Of a stretch of DNA of 64,000 nucleotides, positions 55,338 to 64,000 are shown piece after piece. The DNA comes from Octopus vulgaris (Eukaryota), in the NCBI GenBank assembly GCA_951406725.2, contig OX597819.1:76756001-76820000 (forward strand). The letters are read 5' to 3'. Under the pieces are notes generated by a model that had not been told where the DNA came from, did not search any database, and saw nothing but the letters and a program-made list of their open reading frames with translations. Numbering within the stretch: position 1 is the first letter of the stretch; each line of letters starts with the position of its first letter. The translations under genes and the position numbers were made by a program.

Positions 55338-56045
55338 AAACAATTATTGGAAGCACAACAAACAGAACAAACGGAAAATACATAAAGGACTGTCGCTAAA
55401 TCCTCGTCTACGATGGGCTTCCACATAGTTTCCATCTACCGAATTTACTCACATGGCATTGGGCAATCCGAAGCTATAGTAGATGACATTAGCCTAAGGT
55501 ATCACGCAGTGGACTTGAAACCACTTAGTTTCACAACGAACTGTATAAGCACATTGTTCGTCGAAGCATCGCTGCACTTTATGTTCGATTGCTTTATTAC
55601 GTTTTGTGGCGATGTGAAAATGTTCACAAGTGTATGAGATTTGTGTTTGTGACAGAATAAGAGGTATTGACAGATATATGGAGAAACTAATAACCGAAAG
55701 TGGATGATACTGTAGACAGTCAATTATCTTTTCTTCACCAAAGGATTAGTAAATAAACTGTTACATTAGTTAGACGTGTGTAACAATTGACCAGCGGGTT
55801 TTCAGAACAGCTATCACTACCACATGAAGAAGGAAACGGACAAGGAATTGAGTGTTTGTTTCCTTCCGTGAAAGAATTTTTAGTCCAAGGCATTTCATTT
55901 TTTTAAATATTTTTTGCCTTTCAATTCTGTGGTCTTTTCCGGTAAATTTTTACAGGTACTTTTCTCTGAGTTAGTGGTAGCTATTCCGAAAGCCCGTCGA
56001 TTATCTATTACAATAGTCTCTCGAGAGAAATAGTTGTCTTATTAG

Positions 56046-56314
56046 TCTCTCTATATATAAAGCTGAAGTTGTCTGCGTATGGCAGTTTTGGTAGCCTTCA
56101 ACTAACACTATCTCCTCCGAGACCCTGCGGCGCAAGTTGACCAACTTTTTTACGAATTTTTTACTGCTGTGTCGACATTTTTCGATGTATTTCAACTCGA
56201 AAAATGTTCACTTAAAGAGAATAACAAGCTACATAATGCAAAATGTTTACTTTTCAAAAATTCCAATTCTAAAGAGTCGAAACAAAGCCGAGCTACGCCG
56301 GGCGATACTGCTAG
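56046..56314 (+). mobile_element. Short non-autonomous Helitron-like element
   Basis: 5' TC start; 3' GC hairpin ccgagctacgccgg followed by CTAG. Confidence 0.7.
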
Positions 56315-57334
56315 ACTTTTAGTAAATAGAAAGAAACTGGCTGTCGATAGTAGGAAAGCGTTCTTCAATAATTTCTTTGGGAAAGCCATGAACGTCCTAA
56401 TTTTTTTTTTTTTTATGCCTAGGAATATAAAATCAATATTCTCCTGTGAAACTGTAATCAATGTTTACCATTCTCAACACTGATTTAAAATATTAAGAAA
56501 AAAAAGCAGCACACAAAACATATTACACCTGCGAAATTTATATTAGTTTTTCATTGATGTTTATTTATATTGAAATCAAATTATTCGTGGTATGCAGATT
56601 GTATTTAAAATAGAATATATGTTTATCCGTAACGAATTTTTTTTTCATATATAATCAATGCTTGCAGCATGATTATCTGATGATTTCTAGATCGTTTTAA
56701 TTATATTGTCAGCAGGTTCCTTTTTCAATAATATAGATGGAATTTCATTCGTATTATTCTTCTTGACTTGCTATAAATAAAATTTCGTTATTTTTAAAGT
56801 TACTTAAATTCAGTTCTTTTTATTTATGTTTTTGTTACAAATGATCTGTTGTGTATTTGTTCAAAAGGCCTTAAATCTAAGATCCATCATTTCTATCACA
56901 ACCTCGGCGGAATTTGAACTCAGAACATAAAGACAGACAAAATGCTGAAGCAATTGAATATATTTATGTGCACTATGAATAATAATGTATTAATAATAAT
57001 TGTTTGAAACTATGGCACATGGCAAGCAATTTTAGAGGTAGTGGAGTTTAGTCAACTATCTAAACATCCAGTGCTTGGCTACTATTTTATTCAATCAGCC
57101 TCGAAAGGAAGAAAGACAAATATATGACATTTGAACTCTGAATGTAAAGAACCGGAATAAATAATGCAAGGCATTTTCAAATGCTCTAAAGACACTGCCA
57201 GCTCACTTTGAAAATACAACGGTTTCATATTTAGTGGAAGGTGTTAGTCAATTACATCGACCCCAGTGTTCAACTGGTACTAACTTCCCCAACACACACA
57301 CACACACAACACAAACACACACACATATATATAC

Positions 57335-57389
<55 letters not shown>

Positions 57390-57870
57390 CATTCATACAC
57401 ACACATATATGTATGTATAGATGCATACATATACATACACGCATGCATACATACATACATACATTGTATGCATTGCTAAGAGCATTGGCTGCTTTGCACA
57501 TGTTGTTGTTGTTTAGTCGTATATCAGCGCTGCTTGAGCAAGCTTGTGATTATACGTCATCCAAATACGACCAACACGTCCTACTGTATATCCAGAACTA
57601 CTTTGTCTAATGCGTCCGTCTTCTATAAGAGGGCATTGCATGATTTGAGAGATTACGGCTTCTATTTCTAGGAGACTAAACGATCCCGTAGAGGTTCCCG
57701 CATCGTTTCGTCATATTCCATTTATTTTTTCGTCTACTGTTGATATTTCTAGATTTTTTCCATGACAATTCTATGAACAAGTGTTGATGCATTGCTGCAG
57801 TGTCTAATTTTATCGTGTTCTGCTTTTAATTTTTTCAGGATCTATCACGTTTACTTTTCCCTTGAGAAGG

Positions 57871-57941
<71 letters not shown>

Positions 57942-58434
57942 CAACAACAACATTGTGCTATCTAATTACAAGTGATCTTGCACAAGCTAATTACATACGT
58001 AAAATTCTAAAAAATATAATAATGAACCTCAATAAGAAAGAAAATGTTCATATAGATTTTATTTATATATTAATTTCTGCTCTAGAAAATGCAATGAAGG
58101 AGCAAAGTTAAGGAGGAGAAGAAATAAAAATGAAAAATATAAGAATGGAAATACAAAATTTTCTAATTTTACAAAATAAAAGTTACATGGTAATAGTAAT
58201 TAAATTATAACAAGAAACCTTAATTTCTACTGGGACATTATTATATTTTCCTGAACAAATCAAAACTAATTTGCTAGAAAATAAAATCCACTTACTCTAT
58301 TTTTGTATACAATAATTTAGTAGTTTGTAATATTTTGTTTGGGATTTGTTGCTAAACAAAATAAATGATTGCTATATTCAACCACATTATTTTCTAATCT
58401 ACTCTCAGAAATTACAACATATATTCTGTCATAT

Positions 58435-58715
58435 ACTGGCACTCCTTCAGTTAAGAGGACGAGTATTCCAGTTTATCCGATCAACAGAACAGACTGTGGA
58501 GTGACTGAGCACTCCATAGACAAATGTATACTCTTAATGTAGTTCTCAAGAATATTCAGCGTGGCACAGAAAATGACAAGGCTGGCCTTTTGAAACACCA
58601 GTACTAATCATTTTTGCCAGTTGAGTGGACACAACTTGCTCAAGGACACAAAGCGTTACTCATGACCTTATAATCGTGAGCTGAATACACGAATCACTTA
58701 GCCACATGCCTTCCC
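58435..58715 (-). mobile_element. SINE family C
   Basis: Reverse complement similar to 49105-49445 (ctgagcactccatagac, tttttgccagttgagtggac). Confidence 0.78.
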
Positions 58716-58819
58716 TGTTCTGTCATGTAAGACTAACTATATTCATGTAAGTCAACTAAGAATGTCTAAAGATCGTATTAAAATATTCAGGGAAGGTGAT
58801 TAGTTGTATTATACTGGTT

Positions 58820-59012
58820 TCAAATTTTGGCACAAGAACAGGGTGTAAATCGATTGTATCCGTCCATGTTCAACTGGTGCTTATTTTATCGACCCCGAAA
58901 GGATGAAAGGCAAAGTCCACCTCGGCAGAATGTGAACTCAGAGCGTAAAGACAAACGAAATGCCAATAAACATTTTGTCCGGTGTGCTAACAATTCTGCC
59001 ACCTCACCGCCT
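58820..59012 (-). mobile_element. SINE family A
   Basis: atcgaccccgaaaggatgaaaggcaaagtc core. Confidence 0.85.
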
Positions 59013-59259
59013 TTGGGTGAATTGTATCATATCACCTTCAATTCAAAATGCCGTTTCAATACAACAAACTCTGTCTCTCTCTATATATCTATCTATCTAT
59101 CTATCTATCTATAAAGATAGTTCAATTAGAGGTTAAATAAGCCTCATTAAGAGATAATAATATCTAATGAATTTACTGGTTTATTACCTACTATTTATTT
59201 TGTATATAATTTTAATATTCATAAATAGGTAATTAGATAAACCAAGGTTTATGTTGACT

Positions 59260-59584
59260 TAAGAAAAATAAGAAAATAGAGATAAATCAATAATTATATT
59301 TATTAATTATAAAAATAGACATAATCCCTGACAGCCGTTTCGATTCAGACTTTAAAGATTTTAATTACAACAATTAAATAATTATAAAGTAGAATCTCTT
59401 CGTAGAAAACACATAAAAATGTAATGATATATCTTTCTTTCTGCCTCCGACGAGATTCTACTATATAATGATTTAATTATTTTAACTAAAGTCTGTTCGA
59501 AATGGCTGTCAGGGATTATGTCTATTTTTATAATTAATAAATATAATTATTAATTGATTTAGCTCTATTTTCTTATTTTTCTTA
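59260..59584. repeat. Imperfect inverted repeat with an HHR-like motif in each arm
   Basis: Plus arm 59444-59513: CCU-CCGACGA-GAUUC...GAAA-UGGCUG-UC-AGG. Minus arm 59327-59405: GAUUC..GAAUC-GAAA-CGGCUG-UC-AGG. Confidence 0.8.
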
Positions 59585-59591
59585 TCTATAA

Positions 59592-59655
<64 letters not shown>

Positions 59656-59767
59656 CACGCACACAAACATATATACACCATGCTATGTACCATTTAATGA
59701 ACTATATCTTATGGTGCGGTGATATTCCGTTCTCTCTATTTCACATATATTTATATATGTGTGCACG

Positions 59768-59853
<86 letters not shown>

Positions 59854-60099
59854 CATGCGCGCATACACATTTTTCCTAAGTTCATGGTGAGTGAGGAAAA
59901 CATTTAAAATTCCACACTTAATCAATTTTTAAATGTCTCTTTGCGGAAAGGAATATAGCTCATTTTCATGTGCTTTTAACTTTTGGGTCTTTGCAGTACC
60001 ATAGAATACTTCATCAAAATCTAATTCAAACGAATATACAATCGAATTGATGCATGTTACTACTTTGTTCATGCCTACAGGAAACTATTTCACTAAATT

Positions 60100-61375
60100 G
60101 ATTGGATCGTCTCGTAAATGCAGTTTTTTTTATTGCATGAACTAAAAGTCGGAGGGTGGGGGGCGAGATAAACTACCTGCATCAACTGCTATAAAAGCAG
60201 ATAATGATTTAACCTATTCTTACTGCAAGTGTTAAAGAGTGCAGTTCGATTTTAACAGTTATTTTTTCAAAGCTATAATGGAAGTGACAAAAGAGCATAT
60301 TCAGTATATTTTGCTTTATGAGTTCAAGAAATGCAACAACGCAACGGAAAGTGCGAGGAATATTAATGCAGTATATGGGAATCGGACAATAAGCGTAAGC
60401 CAATGTCAAGTTTGGTTCCAGAAATTCTGAGCCGGAAACTACAGCCTAGAAGACGAGCCTCATCCCGGAAGATCTGTAGAGCTTGACGAAGACGTCTTGC
60501 AAACCCTGGTGGAACAAACTTCCATTGTAACTGTTGAGGAACTAGCAGAGAAGCTTGGATTTGGTCATTCAACCATTCATCGACATCTACGTGCCATCGG
60601 AAAAGTCAGCAAATTGGATCGATGGGTTTCTCGCAAACTTTCCGAATCTAATTGTGCGCAAAGCGTGAATGTGTGCTCTTCTTTGCGGTCACGTCTCACG
60701 AATTAACCTTTTTGGGACTGAATAATGACTGGTGACAAGTAATGGGTCCTCTATAAAAAGAGTCAAGCGCCAAAGACAGTAGGTAGGGAAAAAAGAAAGA
60801 CAGTACCCCAGGCTAAAAAAGGACTTCACTCATATAGGGTGTTGTTATCTATTTGGTGGGATATGAAAGGGTTAGTCCACTTTGAACTTTTAAACCCAAT
60901 CCAAACGATAACAAAGGAGATCTACTGCGAGCAGTTTTAGCGGCTTAAGTCAACGCTAGAGGCGACCATCTTTGGTTTCAAGACGAAAGGTGTCCTTCCA
61001 TCAGAATAATGCTCGGCCACATACAGCGAGGATGACATTCCAAAGGTTGGAGCAGTTTGAATGGGAAATGATGCTCACCCACTATATTCGCCGGACATTG
61101 CCCCATCTGATTATCATTTATGCTACAGTCTTCAAAATCATTTGAACGGGAAATATGAATTCTGTAGACGAGGTCAGAACAATACTGGAGGAGTATTTTT
61201 CGCCACGGACAAATGAATTTTGGAAGAAGGACCTTGCAAATCTACCAGATAGACGGAAGAGCATTGTAGAAAATGATGGAGAGTATATTTTAGATTTAAA
61301 AAATGTTTTGTTTATTTTAGTTTTGAAAAATAAAAGAAGTATTAAAAATTGCATTATTTATGGAATGACCCAATA
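60100..61375 (+). mobile_element. Degenerate full-length mariner (DD34D-type)
   Basis: ATG at 60278: MEVTKEHIQYILLYEF..WFQKF..SLEDEP..WVSRKL..TGDK.W..HQNNARPH..YSPDIAPSDYHL. TIRs attggatcgtc / tgacccaat. Confidence 0.93.
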
Positions 61376-62919
61376 TATAACCTATTCATGAGTAGTCTAG
61401 TATTATGGAAAATGTTTTATTGTTTACGTCACGAAACAGTACCATTCTGTGGTAATATATATACCGCTACATTGAGAATGATTGTTCAATAATAAATATT
61501 TCTAACATGAGCACGTTGACATCGTTCAAACAGCCTACTCTTTAATTTTCATCCGAAGGCAGAGAGTTAATACTTTGAGGTTTCGGTTAGCTTTGAATTT
61601 CATAAATGTATTTGATACCTGTTAAAATATTATCGTTTGTAGCTACAGGTTATCAAATATTTCTAGATGTTTGGCTCCAAAGTTATCTCTGATCGAAGAA
61701 GCCTATGATTAAAGACATTCTAATAATGACCGTCTCATCTTTATTTATTTATTGCAATATAGAATATCACAGGTCACTTTATCTAATGTGTCCTTCTTTA
61801 AGAATGGAGGGCGTGATTTGAAAGAGATTTTCAGCCAGGCAAAGGTTCCCAGCTTAATTGATGGCTGTAGAAGAATCTAATTATTAAGTTATTTTCATTC
61901 GCTTCTAATTAGCCAGTTGACTAATTAAGATAGTGTCTACTGGTTGCAGATTCTTCATATAAAATATTTTAATGATCTTTCATTTGCTTGTTTATAAGGA
62001 AGTGGGAATACTTTAATGTAATATTAAAGTGTTTAATATCCATCGAGCACACATACCAATGAGTGTTAATAGAAGTGTTGTTGTTGTTGCTGCTGCTGCT
62101 GTCGCCGCTGCTGTTGTTGCTTAACTCCTTGCTCAACCTTCATGCAGCAGTGTTGCTTTGTATATCTGAGTATTCTAGATGTGGCCATCTTTTGTGAGTT
62201 TATCTAGAACGTATTCCATTGTATTCTTTGTTCTTAATACAGGACAGTGCATTCTGATGGATACTACTTAAGTGTTTCTTCAAGATCAAGTACTAGGTGT
62301 CTTGAAAGAGACTTGGCTGTTATTTCCAGCATATCGAATGACCACATAGAGATCACCTTATCGGCTCTTTAACAGGACTATATTTTCAGGTTGTGCTGCA
62401 AAAGAAGCCATTATACTGACATTATTTCTCTTTCTTTGCAACATTATGTATGATTTATTAGCACATAAACATTTGGTATATAATTTACGACAACGTATTC
62501 AAGAGGGTTTTAATCAAGGAATATATGATGCGTTAAAAATTACTTATCTAAATTCATGTTTTTTAGATTCAATCGCAGTTTCAGATTTCTTAGATGAACT
62601 GTTTATATAATCTATAATCTTAAGTTTCCAACCTTTTTGGCTGATGTTTCTTTGCATTTAGAATACCATGTGATTCATATGACTATTAGCGTTTCAATTA
62701 TAAAGTATTTGAAATACTGCCTTACTAAACCCTTCTGTTTAGTCTACTCTTTGTTTCTTTCGCTGCGCGATTATCATTTACGTTGCAAAGAATATTTTGA
62801 TTTCAAATTTTGGCACAAAACCAACACTTAGCGGAATTTGAACTCAGAATGTGAAGACAGACGTGCTAACGATTCAGCCATATGACCGCCTTAAGTTGTT
62901 CAGAATATATTGATTTCAA

Positions 62920-63081
62920 GGCGGCGAGCTGGCAGAAACGTTAGCACACCAGGCGAAATGCTTAGCAGTGTTTCATCTGTCTTTACGTTCTGAGTTCAAA
63001 TTCCGCCAAGATCGGCGTTACCTTTCATCCCTTCGGGGGTCGATAAATTAAGTACCAGTTGCTTTGTGCCTAGAGTAGAAA
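62920..63081 (+). mobile_element. SINE family A with 18 bp TSD
   Basis: TSD agaatatattgatttcaa at 62902-62919 and 63082-63099. Confidence 0.92.
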
Positions 63082-63119
63082 AGAATATATTGATTTCAAT
63101 AAATAAATAAATGTTTCCA

Positions 63120-63750
63120 ATTCAATAATAAGTCCAGCAGTTTTTGATGGTTAAGGGATGGTCAGTTCCCTCAACTACAGTATGTGATAAGTAATTCTTC
63201 TTTATCGATCCAGAAAAGATAAACGGCAAAGTTGACTTCGACACGAATTGAACCCAGAGCGTAAAATGTCGAAAGATTCTGTCAATTTACCCTTCAATAA
63301 ATAATAGTTTCAAATTTTGCACAATGCCAACAATTTTAGGGAAGGTTTAAAGCCTGATATATCGACCCCTGTACTCAACATATTTTATAAGCTCCGAAGG
63401 AATGAAATCCATAGTCGACCGTGCCAGAATTTGAACTCAGGACCTAGTGAACCAAAAGAAATGCTGCTGCTAATTCCGTCCAGCTCGCTAATGATTCTGC
63501 AAACTTGCCGCCTTCCTTCAATAAATAAATAATCCTTTCTACTATAGGCACAAAGCCTGGAATTTTGGAGGTGGAGTGCTAGTTGATTACATGGACCCCA
63601 GTACACAGCTGGTACTTATTTCATCGACTCCGAGAGGATGAAAGGGAAAGTCGGCCTTGATGACATTTCAACTTGGAACACAAGAGACGGACGAAATGCT
63701 GCCAAACACATTGCTCGGCGCGCTAACGATTCAGCTAGATCGCCCTTTCC
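63120..63750 (-). mobile_element. Cluster of three older SINE family A copies
   Basis: Repeated gaattgaacccag / gaatttgaactcag / aggatgaaagggaaagtcg motifs. Confidence 0.75.
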
Positions 63751-63930
63751 CGTCAATAAATGAATAATAAAATAACATTTGTATTATTTTTTTTAGTTTT
63801 CCAAATACTTGCGTGATTGATTATCTCCCTTAGAAAGAAAGCCATCATGTTCCGTTTTACTAAAAGATTGTGTATAAAAGACAATCAGCCGAATCTGCTA
63901 AACAACGAATATACAACATTATATGATAGA

Positions 63931-64000
63931 CTAGCAGTATCGCCCGGCGTTGCTCGGGTTTGTAAGGGAAATAACTATATAAGCATTTTTAGAGAGTTAC
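63931..64000 (-). mobile_element. Helitron-like 3' end (runs off window)
   Basis: Minus strand cccgagcaacgccgggcgatactgctag; same terminus as 56288-56314. Confidence 0.7.

Overview
AT-rich, microsatellite-dense eukaryotic non-genic DNA. The SINE families look like those of octopus/coleoid cephalopods (my recognition, not a database result). I find no intact host gene: almost all ORFs in the track are translations of (TA)n/(CA)n/(TAA)n/(TATG)n/(GATA)n/(TTC)n repeats. Recognisable content is transposon-derived: three tRNA-derived SINE families; three Penelope-like (PLE) RT/GIY-YIG relics; R4/Dong-, Tx1- and RTE-type LINE fragments; a Gypsy integrase plus LTR; two near-complete Tc1/mariner relics; two copies of an 8-bp-TSD MITE; and two Helitron-type ends. 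The main hidden signal is a dense population of about 19 type I hammerhead ribozyme (HHR)-like motifs from many unrelated sequence families, folded by eye. Many sit in short non-coding units inserted in (TA)n tracts. Two units show more-than-one-monomer terminal redundancy (363 bp and 652 bp), as expected for retrozyme-like circular RNAs or PLE pseudo-LTRs. Four loci show head-to-head inverted pairs, one fragment ends at its predicted self-cleavage site, and one HHR lies inside a Gypsy LTR. Relic coordinates are approximate; ribozyme activity is inferred, not shown.
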